From Leptonemataceae bacterium (lineage in GTDB: Bacteria; Spirochaetota; Leptospiria; Leptospirales; Leptonemataceae), in contig OZ245742.1 of assembly GCA_965227295.1 (NCBI GenBank), positions 4,032,001 to 4,096,000 on the forward strand: a DNA stretch of 64,000 nucleotides, read 5' to 3'. Below are positions 48,935 to 60,771 of the stretch, piece after piece. Below the pieces are notes generated by a model. It had not been told where the DNA came from and did no database searches. It saw nothing but the letters and a program-made list of their open reading frames with translations. Position 1 is the stretch's first letter; the number at the start of each line of letters is the position of its first letter. The translations under genes and the position numbers were made by a program.

Positions 48935-50740
48935 TTACTCATCAGTCTTGAGGACCGCCAAAAACGCTTCTTGCGGAATGTCCACGTTGCCGATGGACTT
49001 CATCTTCTTCTTACCCTCTTTCTGTTTCTCGAGGAGCTTGCGTTTCCGCGAGATGTCGCCGCCGTAACACTTGGCCGTCACGTTCTTGCGCAGGGCCGAG
49101 ATGTTCTCGCGCGCGATGACCTTCGCGCCGATGGCGGCCTGGAGGGGAATCTGAAACTGGTGGCGCGGGATCAGCTCTTTCAGCTTCTCGATGAGCATGC
49201 GCCCGCGATGTTCCGCCGTGCTGCGGTGGACAATCATGGCCAGGGCGTCCACCGGCTGTGCGTTCACCAGGATGTCCACTTTCACCAGTTGGGATTCGCG
49301 GTACGGGCCGAGTTCGTAGTCCAGGGACGCGTAGCCGCGGGAGCAGGATTTCAGCTTGTCGTAAAACTCGAAGATGAGTTCCGCGAGAGGCACGGCGTAG
49401 ATTAACTGAATCTTGCCGTCTTCTAAATAAATGATGTTCTCCTGGACGCCGCGCTTTTCTTGCAGCAGGTTCATGACGTTGCCGAGGTAATCCTGGGGCG
49501 TCATGATCGACGCTTTCACGAACGGCTCGGTCATCTTCTCGATGGTGACGGGGGCCGGCCAGCGGGACGGGTTGTCGATCTCCATCTCCTCGCCCTTCGT
49601 GGTGACGACATGATACTTCACCGTGGGCGCCGTAGATATCAACGCCAGGTCGAACTCACGGCTCAGTCGTTCCTGGACGATCTCCAGGTGCAGCAGACCC
49701 AGGTAACCCACGCGAAAGCCGAAGCCCAGGGCCGGCGAGGACTCCGGTTCGAAGACCAGGGCCGCGTCGTTCAGCTTTAACTTCATGATGGCGTCTTTTA
49801 AGGCCGGGTAGTCCTCGCCGTTGACCGGGAAGAGGCCGGCAAAGACCATGGGTTTCGCTTCCTGATAACCGGGCAGGGCTTTCACGGCGCGTTTGTCCGC
49901 CAGGGTGACCGTATCGCCCACCGGCGTGTCCTCGACGCTCTTGATCCCGGCGATGATGTAGCCCACCTCGCCGGCGTACAACGCTTTGCCGGGTTTGTTT
50001 ACGATGGTGGTGATGCCCAGCTCGGTAACGGTAAACTCACGCCCGGTAGACATTACGTGGATGCGATCCTGTTTCTGAACGCTGCCGTCAAAAACGCGCA
50101 CCTTCATTACGGCGCCGGCGTAGCTGTCATAGTAGGAATCGTAGATGAGCGCGCGCAACGGCGCATCCACCTCGCCGCCCGGGGCCGGGATTTTCTGAGC
50201 GATGGCCTCAAGAATCGCCTGGACGTTCTCGCCGGTCTTGCCCGAAACGGGAATGGCCTCGTCCGGGTCCAGGCCCAGGCTGTGATCGATCAACTTGCGC
50301 GTGCGCTCGATGTCGGCGGCGGGCAGGTCGATCTTGTTGATGACCGGGATGATCGTAAGATCGGCTTCCATGGCGAGATAGAGGTTCGCCAGGGTTTGGG
50401 CCTCGACGCCCTGGGTGGCGTCGACGATCAAAAGCACGCCTTCGCAGGCGGCCAGGGAGCGCGAGACCTCGTACGAAAAATCCACGTGGCCGGGAGTATC
50501 GATGAGATTGTAGATATAAGTGTTGCCGTCGAACTCCGCGGTGTACAGAAACGAGGCGCTGTTGGACTTAATGGTAATGCCCCGCTCGCGCTCGATGTCC
50601 ATGGTATCCATGATCTGATCGCGCTTTGTCCGCGCGTCGGTGACCCGGGTAAGTTCGAGCAGACGATCGGCCAGCGTGGATTTCCCGTGGTCGATGTGAG
50701 CGATGATGCTGAAGTTGCGGATGTAAGGGCGTTTGTCCAT
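48935..50740 (-). CDS. lepA: Elongation factor 4 (LepA)
   Basis: [57 protein letters not shown]. Confidence 0.99.
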   Translation of the reverse strand: MDKRPYIRNFSIIAHIDHGKSTLADRLLELTRVTDARTKRDQIMDTMDIERERGITIKSNSASFLYTAEFDGNTYIYNLIDTPGHVDFSYEVSRSLAACEGVLLIVDATQGVEAQTLANLYLAMEADLTIIPVINKIDLPAADIERTRKLIDHSLGLDPDEAIPVSGKTGENVQAILEAIAQKIPAPGGEVDAPLRALIYDSYYDSYAGAVMKVRVFDGSVQKQDRIHVMSTGREFTVTELGITTIVNKPGKALYAGEVGYIIAGIKSVEDTPVGDTVTLADKRAVKALPGYQEAKPMVFAGLFPVNGEDYPALKDAIMKLKLNDAALVFEPESSPALGFGFRVGYLGLLHLEIVQERLSREFDLALISTAPTVKYHVVTTKGEEMEIDNPSRWPAPVTIEKMTEPFVKASIMTPQDYLGNVMNLLQEKRGVQENIIYLEDGKIQLIYAVPLAELIFEFYDKLKSCSRGYASLDYELGPYRESQLVKVDILVNAQPVDALAMIVHRSTAEHRGRMLIEKLKELIPRHQFQIPLQAAIGAKVIARENISALRKNVTAKCYGGDISRKRKLLEKQKEGKKKMKSIGNVDIPQEAFLAVLKTDE

Positions 50741-50935
50741 AAAACCCGGGCGGGCTTCCAGTTTTGTCCGGGCCGCGCCGCTGTCTTCCAAAAATCGGCA
50801 TGATCCCTGGAATGAAAGTTGCCCGGACGTATCAACACACATGGATGGGCGCCGCGCACGGCTCCCCGTAGAACCCGAAAACCCGCGCGGGATATTTCTG
50901 CTGGATTACACAGCCCGGTATGATTTCCAGGTAAT

Positions 50936-52258
50936 GTGGCGAAGAAGCTGAAAGCCAAACAGAAGCTCGGCAAGTACAAGATCGAGCGGGTCCTGGCCGA
51001 TGGCGGCTTTGCGCGGGTCTATCGGGCGCGGGATACCATCGAGGGTACGAAGGTCGCGCTTAAGATTCCGCACCAGAATCTCATGTCGCCTCAGGCCCTG
51101 GAGATCTTCAAGAAAGAGGTGCGGCTCACGGCGCGGCTGGATCATCCCAACATCCTGCCGCTGAAGAACGCCAACTTCATCGACGACATGTTCGTCATTA
51201 CCATTCCCCTGGCCCAGCAAACGCTCGAACAACGCCTGCGGACCCGGCTGTCGTTAAAGACCGCTCTGGAGTACACCGAGCAGATCCTGGAGGGTCTGGC
51301 CGAGGCGCACAGTGAAAGCATCATTCACTGCGACATGAAGCCCGAAAACATTTTACTGTTTCCGGAGAATCGCCTGCGCATTACGGATTTCGGCATCGCT
51401 CGCGTGGCCCGGCGTACGCTCATGGTCTCCGGTTCGGGCACGCTGGGTTATATCGCGCCGGAGCAGGCCATGGGCAAGGCCTCGTTCGCCTCGGACGTTT
51501 TCTCCACGGGCCTCGTTCTCTGGCGCATGTTCTCCGGCAAACTTCCGGAATGGCCCTTTCGTCAACCGCTGCCGGGCTACGAACGCCTGCGCAAGCGCCT
51601 GCATCCGAACTTCGTCGCGTTTCTGTTACGCGCGATCGACACTGAACCGTCGCGACGTTTTCCCGACGCCGGCGCCATGCTGCGCGCGTTCCAGCGGCTG
51701 AAACCCTCGGCACTGAAGCGCGGCGATAAAAAAAAGAAGCAGCAGGCCGCGGCGAAGGCCAGGCAGAAGAACGACTGGCGCTTCGTCCTCTTCAAGCAGT
51801 TCCAGCGTGAGTTCGGCAAACAACTTGAATCGAAGAATACCTGTGCGCGCTGTTCCGGGCCCATCGCCGAAACCATGCAGCATTGCCCCTGGTGCGGACA
51901 CGGGGTGGCAAAGCCGAAGTTCAAAGGCACCCCGCGTTTCCCGTACCAGTGCCCGCGTTGCGAACGCGGTGTCAAAGCGGACTGGAAGTTCTGCCCGCAC
52001 TGTTACGGCGGCGCCATCGGGCCCCAGAGCAACCGCGAGTTCTCGGATCGTCGCTACACCGGCCGTTGTTCCAACACAAAATGCGGCCGAAAAACACTCA
52101 TGCCGTTTATGCGTTACTGTCCCTGGTGCAATCGCAAAGTCCGCAAGCCCTGGACCATAGCCGGTTCGAGAGATCGCTGTAAGTCCTGCGGCTGGGGCGT
52201 GCTGGGTTCGTTCTGGAAGGTGTGCCCGTGGTGTAAGACGACGATCCGAAGAGGATAA
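50936..52258 (+). CDS. Hanks-type Ser/Thr protein kinase with C-terminal zinc ribbons
   Basis: GGFARVY, VALK, HCDMKPEN, DFG, GTLGYIAPE; eight Cys pairs at the C-terminus. Confidence 0.93.
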   Translation: MAKKLKAKQKLGKYKIERVLADGGFARVYRARDTIEGTKVALKIPHQNLMSPQALEIFKKEVRLTARLDHPNILPLKNANFIDDMFVITIPLAQQTLEQRLRTRLSLKTALEYTEQILEGLAEAHSESIIHCDMKPENILLFPENRLRITDFGIARVARRTLMVSGSGTLGYIAPEQAMGKASFASDVFSTGLVLWRMFSGKLPEWPFRQPLPGYERLRKRLHPNFVAFLLRAIDTEPSRRFPDAGAMLRAFQRLKPSALKRGDKKKKQQAAAKARQKNDWRFVLFKQFQREFGKQLESKNTCARCSGPIAETMQHCPWCGHGVAKPKFKGTPRFPYQCPRCERGVKADWKFCPHCYGGAIGPQSNREFSDRRYTGRCSNTKCGRKTLMPFMRYCPWCNRKVRKPWTIAGSRDRCKSCGWGVLGSFWKVCPWCKTTIRRG

Positions 52259-52264
52259 TGGACT

Positions 52265-52362
52265 CCGAGGACCGAGGTACCGAGAAAAAGACTCTGAGGG
52301 AGCCCGATCGCCTGCACACTGCGACCATTCTCCCATCTTCTCCTCGGTACCTCGGTCCTCGG
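52265..52362. repeat. MITE/REP-like element with 20-bp perfect inverted arms (CCGAGGACCGAG family)
   Basis: CCGAGGACCGAGGTACCGAG (52265-52284) / CTCGGTACCTCGGTCCTCGG (52343-52362), between convergent stops. Confidence 0.8.
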
Positions 52363-52365
52363 TGG

Positions 52366-53514
52366 TTAACCTTCTTTCAGCAAATGTTTGGCAATAATGT
52401 TCCGTTGAATCTGATTACTTCCTTCGACGATCTGGGTCGCCTTCGCATCACGTAACAGCCGCTCTACCGGATACTCGCGCATGTAACCGTAGCCGCCGAA
52501 GTACTGCACCGCCTCCGTGGCCGCGAACATGGCCGTGTCGCTCGCGAACAACTTCGCGCGGCTCGCTTCTTTGGAAAACGGCGCGCCCGCGTCCTTGCGC
52601 CTGGCCGCATCCAGGACGAGCAGACGCGAGGCCGCAATGCGCGTGTCCATATCGGCCAGGGTCCACTGTAAACCCTGAAATTCGTTGAGGCTTTTGCCGA
52701 AGGCCGAGCGTTCGTTTCCGTACCGTACGCATTCATCGAGGGAGCGCCGGGCGATGCCCACCGACGTCGCGGCGATGGTGATCCGACCGGAGTCCAGGGC
52801 CTGCATCGCAATCGAGAAACCGTCGCCTTCGTTGCCGATCAAATAATTCGCCGGCACGCTGAGATCTTCAAAACGTAAGCTTGCGAGCGGCGACGAACGC
52901 CAGCCCAGTTTTTTCTCGGCCTTGCCGAACGAAAGCCCCGGGGCGTCGCCGGGAACGTAAAAGCACGAGATGTTTTTGTGATTCGGCGTGCCGGCATCGT
53001 TCCCGGTGCGCGCGAGGACCATGTAGGCATCCGCCGCGCCGCCGTGGGTAATGAACTGCTTGCTTCCGTTGATGATGTACTCATCGCCCCGGCGTTGGGC
53101 CGTCGTGCGCAGGGCTGCGGCGTCCGAACCGCAGTGCGCTTCCGTGAGGGCGAAGGCGCCCAGGTGTTCGCCGGCGGCGAGGGCCGGCATCCAGCGCTCG
53201 CGTTGTTCGGTCGTGCCGAAGCGTTCCAGGATGATTTGCGGCAGACCGTTAACCGCAATCGTAACCGCGAAGCTCGAGCTGGCCCAGGCAAGTTCTTCCA
53301 AAATAAGGGCGTAGACCGCGTAGCCCAGTCCGGCGCCGCCGTAGTCCTCGGGCGCCACGACGCCCGTGAGCCCGGCCGCCCCGGCCTTCGTAAAGAGGCC
53401 GCGATCGAAGTGTTCGCGTTCATCGTTTTCGGCCTCGACGGCTTCGATTTCTTTTTTCGCGAAGTCTCGCGCCAGTTCAATGAGAGTCTCGTGTTCCTGC
53501 AGTTCGGTGATCAT
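52366..53514 (-). CDS. Acyl-CoA dehydrogenase
   Basis: [47 protein letters not shown]. Confidence 0.96.
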   Translation of the reverse strand: MITELQEHETLIELARDFAKKEIEAVEAENDEREHFDRGLFTKAGAAGLTGVVAPEDYGGAGLGYAVYALILEELAWASSSFAVTIAVNGLPQIILERFGTTEQRERWMPALAAGEHLGAFALTEAHCGSDAAALRTTAQRRGDEYIINGSKQFITHGGAADAYMVLARTGNDAGTPNHKNISCFYVPGDAPGLSFGKAEKKLGWRSSPLASLRFEDLSVPANYLIGNEGDGFSIAMQALDSGRITIAATSVGIARRSLDECVRYGNERSAFGKSLNEFQGLQWTLADMDTRIAASRLLVLDAARRKDAGAPFSKEASRAKLFASDTAMFAATEAVQYFGGYGYMREYPVERLLRDAKATQIVEGSNQIQRNIIAKHLLKEG

Positions 53515-53593
53515 ATCGAAGGCTCGCGCGACGGCATGCGCTGGCGAACATTTTTTAGCAGACAAGGACCGTCGCCGGAGTCCGGTGGAACGC

Positions 53594-54925
53594 ATGCCCC
53601 TGACTCGCTGGTCCATGTATGCCGTCTTCGCCGCCGCCGTACTGTTGTTTCTCGGTGTGCGCACCCTGGCGCCCCACGCCCAGATCGTCGGCGACGGCGT
53701 CGGCTATCACTTCTGGACCCACGGCCTCATCACCGGCAACCTGGATTTCTGCAGTTACGGCGGACTCCTGAAAGACGTGGGCGCTTTCGCGGTGGATGGG
53801 AACGGCAACTGTCAGATCAAGTACCCGCCTGGCCTGGCGGTGCTGCGCTTTCCGGTGATGTACTGGTTCGTCGATCCGCACACAAGCACGGCCATCTCGT
53901 ACGGTGAACACCAGGCTTCGTCGTACCTCGGCGCTCTCGCTCTGGCACTCACGATCTTTTTTTTGAGCATGATTTTACACGGCCAGGGAGTCCGCCCGCG
54001 GCGCGCGCAGTTCGTCGTCCTGAGCGGCGTCCTCGGCCTCGGCATGTATCATTACGCGATCATTGAAAACAGCATGTCCCACATCTACTCGGCTATGTTT
54101 CTTTCCGGCCTCGCCTGGATCGGCGAGCGCCTGTGGCGCCTGCGTCCCGGATTGCCCGACGCCCTGGCACCGACTCACGCGGCGCTCTTGCCGCTGCTTG
54201 CGTTCGTCTTTGCGTTCTTCGTGATTCAACTGCGCAACGTGAACGTGTTTCTGGTGGCGCTCTTGCTGGCGTTCTTCGGCCTCGCGTTTCTGCGCAGTCG
54301 CCGCGGATTGTTCGCTGCTCTGGCCGGCGGTGTCGGCGTACTCGCGGGCATAGTGGTGCAGTTGAGTTACAACGCGTACATCAAAGGCGGTTTCGCCCTG
54401 AGCAGCTACGAGGGCTCCGGCGGATTTTTGTGGGACCGGCCCATGATGTGGAGCGTCCTGTTCAGTTACTCCACGGGCATCTTTCCGTACTACCTGGTCC
54501 TGGCGGTGATGATGATCGTCGCCCTCAGCTACGGCCGCAGTCGTCCCCTGGCGCTGATCATGCTCGTCGTCGTTTTGTTTTACGCCGCGCTCTACGGCTA
54601 CTGGGAGCAGTGGGACCTGGGTCATTCCTTCGGACACCGCGGTTTCGTGGAGCTGTTCCCGCCGGTGATCATAGCATTCGGTCTCGCCGCGGAAGAGATG
54701 GATGATTTGCCCTGGCAGGCCGTGGTGCTTGTCTGCACGGTCGTGGTGCTCGCAACGATTAACGCCATGTTCGCCTACTACTTCGGGCAACTACCGCATC
54801 AATATGCCACGGGTGCGGAGTTCCGGAGCGCCGTGTTCGCCTTCGGAAACATTCCGGCCTGGGCCTACACCCAACACGTTGCCTGGTTGCTCGTGGCCGC
54901 CCTGGCATTGCGAAAGTCGGCGTGA
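53594..54925 (+). CDS. Polytopic membrane protein, GT-C glycosyltransferase-like
   Basis: DGVGY after TM1, [20 protein letters not shown]; about 11 TM segments. Confidence 0.65.
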   Translation: MPLTRWSMYAVFAAAVLLFLGVRTLAPHAQIVGDGVGYHFWTHGLITGNLDFCSYGGLLKDVGAFAVDGNGNCQIKYPPGLAVLRFPVMYWFVDPHTSTAISYGEHQASSYLGALALALTIFFLSMILHGQGVRPRRAQFVVLSGVLGLGMYHYAIIENSMSHIYSAMFLSGLAWIGERLWRLRPGLPDALAPTHAALLPLLAFVFAFFVIQLRNVNVFLVALLLAFFGLAFLRSRRGLFAALAGGVGVLAGIVVQLSYNAYIKGGFALSSYEGSGGFLWDRPMMWSVLFSYSTGIFPYYLVLAVMMIVALSYGRSRPLALIMLVVVLFYAALYGYWEQWDLGHSFGHRGFVELFPPVIIAFGLAAEEMDDLPWQAVVLVCTVVVLATINAMFAYYFGQLPHQYATGAEFRSAVFAFGNIPAWAYTQHVAWLLVAALALRKSA

Positions 54926-55359
54926 GTCTTTCATTTTCTGAAACAGCAAGGGGATTATTGTCCCAATACACGTCTCACCTTGAAGGGTCAAGGTCGGACG
55001 CAGGCTGCGCTTTTTGGAATATAGTTCTTGCGGTAAGAATCAGCCGCAGCCACCGTTCATTCATCTTGGAAGACAGCGCGTTCATCCGGAAGCTGAGAGA
55101 AGAAGGCATCCAGAGCCTCGACCTCCCCGACGACTTCCCCCGCATCGAGTTCGATCGAAGCGGCTTCCCCATCGTTCCCGGCGACGTCGTTGCGGAAATC
55201 GAACGGCGAAATCAGGTGCGCCTGGACCTTCACAACGAACTTCCGCTGGTCATCATCCTCTGGTACCTGCGCAAGCGTCAGGACGGCTACCGCGAGCCCA
55301 TCCTCGAAGAATCCATCGAGGAAGTCGTGCAGGAAGACTTCCAGAACTCCTTGAACTGA
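54922..55359 (+). CDS. Hypothetical protein
   Basis: ORF coupled to the upstream stop (GTGA); acidic; no family recognised. Confidence 0.4.
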   Translation: MSLSFSETARGLLSQYTSHLEGSRSDAGCAFWNIVLAVRISRSHRSFILEDSAFIRKLREEGIQSLDLPDDFPRIEFDRSGFPIVPGDVVAEIERRNQVRLDLHNELPLVIILWYLRKRQDGYREPILEESIEEVVQEDFQNSLN

Positions 55360-55804
55360 TCGCCCATTCAAACCCCGGGCAATGCGGGTACAGGCGTCGC
55401 TCACTCCTCCGATGGATTTCGTGCGATCGATCTGAGCCAGAAAACCTCCGGCAGTGACGCCCCGGGAGCCGGCTTCCTCCACGTCGCTGAGAGAACCGAG
55501 TATGCGGACGTAATACACGTCGATCTCGTTTTCGATCTCCATGATCTTACGAATGCGATCGTTGGCGCCGACCTCGGGCGGTCGGATCCCCGGAAACAGC
55601 ATTGGCACCAGAATTAACATTCGATAAAAAAAAGCTAACGCTCGGGCGTCGCCGAAGACGACTGCAGAATTACGGTGAAGGCGGTGCCGATCCCCACGAA
55701 TAGAATGACGCTTACCTTGACAGGGAAACGATTCCGCAACCGAATAACCGAGCACTTTTCGGATTGCGAAATGAACACGATTCCGAAAATAGTAAATAAC
55801 TTTA

Positions 55805-57388
55805 ATGGAATTCGAATCGACCTCTCTCCGCATCGTGCGACGACTTATGATCGGCGCTTTTATCTTCAGCACGGCCTGCACCGGTGCCGCCGCTCCGGCG
55901 GACTGTTCCTTCGGCCAGGCCTGCGATCCGCTGACGTTACTCATTAATTACAACTTCGTGACCGTACCGGTCACCCCCAACGACTTCAACGGCGACGGTT
56001 ACTCTGACGTTGTCGTCGGCGCGGCCCAGAGCGGCGGCCCCAGCACCGGCTATGCCGATTTCATCTTCGGGAACGCGGACTTCTTCACGAGCCGCCAGAC
56101 CGCGCGAATCACGGGTACGGATACGGTGAACGGGCAGTTCGGCCTCGTCGGCGGCATCGGCGATGTGAATAACGACGGGATCGATGATGTGGCTTTCGGA
56201 GAGATCGGTGCCGGTCAGGGGCGGGGCTTCGTGTTTCTCGGCCGCCACGTATGGCCGGAGAACCAGACCTCGGACGCGGCCACGTGTATCATCGAGTCCG
56301 AGAACATTACCGCCACGGATTACCTCGCGTCGCACATCGCACGCCTCGGCGATCTGAACGGGGACAACATCGACGATTTTGCGGTGGCCGCCACAAACCT
56401 CTTGAACACGGGCGGTGCGAACATCCTCTATGTTTTCTTCGGCGGCAGCACTCTGAACTGCGATACGACGCAGCCGTCCCTGGAAATCGCCGGCGGCGGC
56501 GGGACCGGCCTCGGGGTGGCCGCTTTCGACTGGAACGGCGACGGCCGACGCGATCTCATCGTCGGGGCACCGCGGGCCACCGGGGCGGCGGCGGACAGCG
56601 GTCAGGTCTACGTCTACTTCGGCGATGATCAACTCTACGGCGGCGGTTCGTTCGGCATCAGCGATGCGGACCTGGTCATTTCCGGGGTCGCTCCGGATCG
56701 CATCGGCCGCGGGATCGCGGATCTTGGAGACATCAACCTGGACGGTTACGACGACGTGCTCATCGGGGCGCCGGCGGGATCGACAACCACCGACGACGGT
56801 CGGGCGTATCTTCTGTTCTGCGGCCCGACGATGACCGGTTTTCCCGAGAATACTCTGATCAGCGAGTTGCCCGGTGTCGTGACGTTCACCGGTGAAAACA
56901 TCCTTACCACGGGCGCGGATTACTTCGGGCAGTCCGTCGAGCTTTTGCCGGATTACAACGGCGACGGATATCGGGACTTCATTATTACAGCCTCCAAATC
57001 GGACGGAAACCCCGCCTCCGAGCGCGCCTACATGTACTCCTACTCGCCGTCCCTGAGCGGGACGGTCACATTCTCTTCCGCCTATGCAATCATCACGAGC
57101 ACCGACAAATTCGGCTGGATGGTCGCGTCGCCGGGGGACCTCAATAACGACGGCATTGCCGACTTTGCCGTGTCCCACTTCAACTATCCCACCGGCCCGC
57201 GGAATGGGGTGTTGCGCTTCTTTCGCGGCCAATCATACACCGGCAGCTTCGCGGACACCGAGAACGCGTTTTCGTTCGAAGGGGCCGGGACCAATGATTT
57301 CTACGGGGTTTCGGTCACGCGGGGTTATGAAGATGTGGAACCGTACCTTCAGTCGCCGTATTTTTCCGGGTTGCAAATCCATCCGTAG
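55805..57388 (+). CDS. FG-GAP (integrin-alpha-like beta-propeller) repeat lipoprotein
   Basis: Lipobox FSTAC; seven DxNGDGxxD-type motifs (e.g. DFNGDGYSDVVVGA, DINLDGYDDVLIGAP). Confidence 0.9.
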   Translation: MEFESTSLRIVRRLMIGAFIFSTACTGAAAPADCSFGQACDPLTLLINYNFVTVPVTPNDFNGDGYSDVVVGAAQSGGPSTGYADFIFGNADFFTSRQTARITGTDTVNGQFGLVGGIGDVNNDGIDDVAFGEIGAGQGRGFVFLGRHVWPENQTSDAATCIIESENITATDYLASHIARLGDLNGDNIDDFAVAATNLLNTGGANILYVFFGGSTLNCDTTQPSLEIAGGGGTGLGVAAFDWNGDGRRDLIVGAPRATGAAADSGQVYVYFGDDQLYGGGSFGISDADLVISGVAPDRIGRGIADLGDINLDGYDDVLIGAPAGSTTTDDGRAYLLFCGPTMTGFPENTLISELPGVVTFTGENILTTGADYFGQSVELLPDYNGDGYRDFIITASKSDGNPASERAYMYSYSPSLSGTVTFSSAYAIITSTDKFGWMVASPGDLNNDGIADFAVSHFNYPTGPRNGVLRFFRGQSYTGSFADTENAFSFEGAGTNDFYGVSVTRGYEDVEPYLQSPYFSGLQIHP

Positions 57389-57584
57389 GCGGGAGCGCCG
57401 ATTCTGGTCAGACATCATCTGCGGAACAATGTTGGCCAGGGTTCACTTTTTTTCCGAACCGTACGGCAAAATTGGTAAAAATGTGAGAGAATCCCTGGCA
57501 TTGTTGTTGGTTTAAGAGTATGTGCGTATGATCTTCCGTCTAATTTTGAAGGAAGTCGCAGCCGTCTGAGGACAGAAGAGCGGG

Positions 57585-60500
57585 ATGAAACGGGCCCTCG
57601 TTATACTTTCGTTGTCGGTATTCACCAACTGTTGGGCCGGACACCCTGTGACCGGGCTACTGGGTGCCCTGGGCGGCACCGGTGCCGGGGGAAGTGGGAC
57701 CGGCGATCTACTGACCCTGACGGCCCTGATCGGTGGGGCGGGTGCCGGCGGCTCCGCCTCCGCCTCTCCGGGGTTCACCGCCAGCACCACGAATCTTATC
57801 GTCAGCGAGAGCGGGAGTTCGGCCAGCTTTGATCTACGATTGAACGCGGCCCCGAACGGTCTGGTCGTCGTGGACGTCGCCATGTCCGACTATACCGAGG
57901 CCACATGCGGGGCCGGCAGCCTGGTATTCACCACGTCGAACTGGTCCGAGGCGCAGACCGTCACCGTCACCGGCGTGGACGACACGACGGCCGACGGCAA
58001 TCAGAACGTTACGGTGCTGCTGACATTGGGCAGCAGCACCAGCGACACCAGCGGCTACGCGGACCTCGATCCGGACGATGTAATCGTCGTAAACTCGGAC
58101 GATGACCAGCCGGGAGTTACCGTAAGTCCCACGTCGGTGAACGTATCCGAAACCGCGACCGTCGATTCGTTCAGCGTCGTGCTGAATACGGAACCGGACA
58201 ACAACGTCGTCGTAGACATTGCAAACCCCGACACCGGCGAGGCGAGTATCAGCGCCGCGAGCCTGACGTTCACCGTCGCCGATTGGGATACTCCTCAATC
58301 CGTCAACGTCACCGGCGTGGACGATGCCCTGAGTGACGGCGCGCAGGTCTTTTCCCTGGCGCTCACGATCAACGGCGGCTCCACCTTTGATACCACCGGT
58401 TACGCCGGCCTCGATCCGGATGATGTTACGGTCACCAACTCGGACGACGACAGCCCGGGCTTTACCGTGGTGGGCGGGCCGGTCACGAGCGTGGAGGGGG
58501 GCACCGCGCAGAACTTTACGATCCGTCCCAACACTCAGCCGGCCGGGGCAAACATCGTGAGCGTCTCCCTCGTGAGCAACGATACCACCGAGGCAACGGT
58601 GTCTCCGTCGACCATCACCTGGAACAACGGCGACTGGACGACGGCCAAATCAGTGACCGTCACGCCCGTGGACGACAGCTTAACCGACGGCGCCCAGGCC
58701 TTTACTGTGGACTTCAGCCCGGCGGCGAGTACCGCGGCCGGGTATGCCGGGCTCCCCACGCAGTCCGTAAACGTTACGAACAACGACAATGATTCACCGG
58801 GCTTCATGACGACGGGTACGCCGGTGAGCACAACGGAAGGCGGCAGCGGTGTGTCGTTTATGATTCGCCCGGCCACCGAACCTTCCGGTGCTAATATCGT
58901 CAGCATAACAGTTAGCAGCAACGACACAAGCGAGGGCACCGTATCGGCGACACCGGTGACCTGGAGCAGCGCCGACTGGACCACGTACAAATCCGTCACC
59001 GTCACGCCGGTGGACGACAGTCTCACCGACGGCGCCGTGGGCTACACGCTCACCATCAATCCCGCCGCCAGTTCCGAGGCGGCTTACGCCGGCATGGGGA
59101 CTTCGACGGTGAACGTCACGAACAACGACGACGATTCCGCGGGTTTCATTTATACCAGCACGCCGGTGAGCACCGCCGAGGGCGGTGGTGCCGTGACGTT
59201 TACCGTTCGACCGCAAACGCAACCGGCGGTGGGCAACAACGTAAGTCTTTCGATCAGCAGTTCGGATACCAGCGAGGTCACGGTGTCGCCGAGCAACGTG
59301 AGCTGGAGCAACGCCACCTGGAGCTCGGCTACGACTATCACCGTCACGCCGGTGGACGACAGCCTCACCGACGGCGCGGTCGCTTATACCATCAACCTGA
59401 ATCCGTCCGGCAGCACGGAATCCTCGTACTCCGGACTCGGGACACAGACCGTCAACGGAACACACGCCGACAACGATACTGCGGGCTTCAGCATGACCGG
59501 CGTACCCGTAACGACTGCCGAGGGCGGCGGCTCCGTAACCTTCAACATCCGGCCGGATACGGAACCGTCCGGCGGGAACACCATTGTTGCGAACTTTGTA
59601 AGCAACGACACATCGGAAGGAACGGTAACGTCCTCGGTCTCCTGGACCAGCGCCGACTGGACGACGTACAAACCCGTTACGGTCACCCCGGTGCAGGATG
59701 CCGTGGCGGACGGTGCGATCGGTTATACGATCTCCGTATCCGGCGGCGGGACCGAGTCGAGTTACGGCAGTGTGAATACCAGCGTGAACGTTACGAACAA
59801 CGACGATGACGCCGTGGGTTACAACATCTCCGCGATCAGCGGCGGCACCACCGAGTCGGGCGGCACGGCGACATTTACGGTGAGCCTTACCTCGGAGCCG
59901 ACAGGCACGGTGAACATCGGTCTCAGCAGCAGTAATACGGCCGAAGGTACCGTGGGAACTTCCGTTTCGTTCAACGCGGGCGACTGGAGTTCGGCGAAGA
60001 CCGTCACGGTCACCGGCGTGGACGACGGCGCGGTGGACGGTAACGTTACTTATTCGATCATTACGGCGATCCCGACGGGAAGCGACACGTCCGGTTATCT
60101 TTCGAGCAATCCGGCGGATGTTAGCGTGGTAAACTGGGACGACGAAACCCGTCGGATCTTTGCGACGACGAACCAGTGGATCGGCGGCAGCATCGGCGGC
60201 ACGGCCGGCGCGGACTCTAAGTGTACCACCGAAGCCGCGAGCCGCGGTTATCCGGGAACCTGGAAGGCATTGATCGCGCAGCCCAACGCCAGTTATCCGC
60301 CGTTGCGCAGAGCGTGTACTACCTCCAACTGTACGACGGACGAGGGCATTGATTGGGTACTCTACGCGAACTTGACTTATTACCGTGCGGATGACGATGC
60401 CCTGATCGGAACCACGAACAGCGGGCGCATTTTCATCTTCCCGTTGACGAACGCCTTCGCAACGTCCCTCCCGCGGACCTGGACGAGTTTCTACGCCGAC

Positions 60501-60665
60501 TGGGTCGGCGGCGCGACGAACTTCAATTGCAACGGTTGGACGGATACGTCGGCGGGCCTGTTCGGCGGCATCAGCGATCCCAATGTTACGAGTAGCTCTT
60601 CGATTTATGGCGGCGGCTACAGTTGCCAGTCCGGAACCGCGCGTCTGATTTGCGCCGAGCAATAG
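57585..60665 (+). CDS. Surface lipoprotein with seven Calx-beta/Ig-like repeats and a C-terminal DUF1554 (Len/endostatin-like) domain
   Basis: Lipobox VFTNC; ~115-aa repeats with W..(P/A)..VTVT(G/P)VDD...DG ending N.DDD; C-domain GGTAGADSKC..WKALI..RRAC..DWVL..NCNGWT..LICAEQ. Confidence 0.88.
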   Translation: MKRALVILSLSVFTNCWAGHPVTGLLGALGGTGAGGSGTGDLLTLTALIGGAGAGGSASASPGFTASTTNLIVSESGSSASFDLRLNAAPNGLVVVDVAMSDYTEATCGAGSLVFTTSNWSEAQTVTVTGVDDTTADGNQNVTVLLTLGSSTSDTSGYADLDPDDVIVVNSDDDQPGVTVSPTSVNVSETATVDSFSVVLNTEPDNNVVVDIANPDTGEASISAASLTFTVADWDTPQSVNVTGVDDALSDGAQVFSLALTINGGSTFDTTGYAGLDPDDVTVTNSDDDSPGFTVVGGPVTSVEGGTAQNFTIRPNTQPAGANIVSVSLVSNDTTEATVSPSTITWNNGDWTTAKSVTVTPVDDSLTDGAQAFTVDFSPAASTAAGYAGLPTQSVNVTNNDNDSPGFMTTGTPVSTTEGGSGVSFMIRPATEPSGANIVSITVSSNDTSEGTVSATPVTWSSADWTTYKSVTVTPVDDSLTDGAVGYTLTINPAASSEAAYAGMGTSTVNVTNNDDDSAGFIYTSTPVSTAEGGGAVTFTVRPQTQPAVGNNVSLSISSSDTSEVTVSPSNVSWSNATWSSATTITVTPVDDSLTDGAVAYTINLNPSGSTESSYSGLGTQTVNGTHADNDTAGFSMTGVPVTTAEGGGSVTFNIRPDTEPSGGNTIVANFVSNDTSEGTVTSSVSWTSADWTTYKPVTVTPVQDAVADGAIGYTISVSGGGTESSYGSVNTSVNVTNNDDDAVGYNISAISGGTTESGGTATFTVSLTSEPTGTVNIGLSSSNTAEGTVGTSVSFNAGDWSSAKTVTVTGVDDGAVDGNVTYSIITAIPTGSDTSGYLSSNPADVSVVNWDDETRRIFATTNQWIGGSIGGTAGADSKCTTEAASRGYPGTWKALIAQPNASYPPLRRACTTSNCTTDEGIDWVLYANLTYYRADDDALIGTTNSGRIFIFPLTNAFATSLPRTWTSFYADWVGGATNFNCNGWTDTSAGLFGGISDPNVTSSSSIYGGGYSCQSGTARLICAEQ

Positions 60666-60771
60666 CAGGGTGCGCCGCAATTGGAGTTCGGCGCATACCG
60701 GCGTTGCTGAAAGAAGTTTGCGTATAAGTTTTGGCGTGGACGACGACGCAGTAGTCCGATCATTTACGCAC

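Noticed and set aside
55057..55944. 295-aa minus-strand ORF
   Set aside because: It overlaps two better-supported plus-strand genes and has no recognisable motif.
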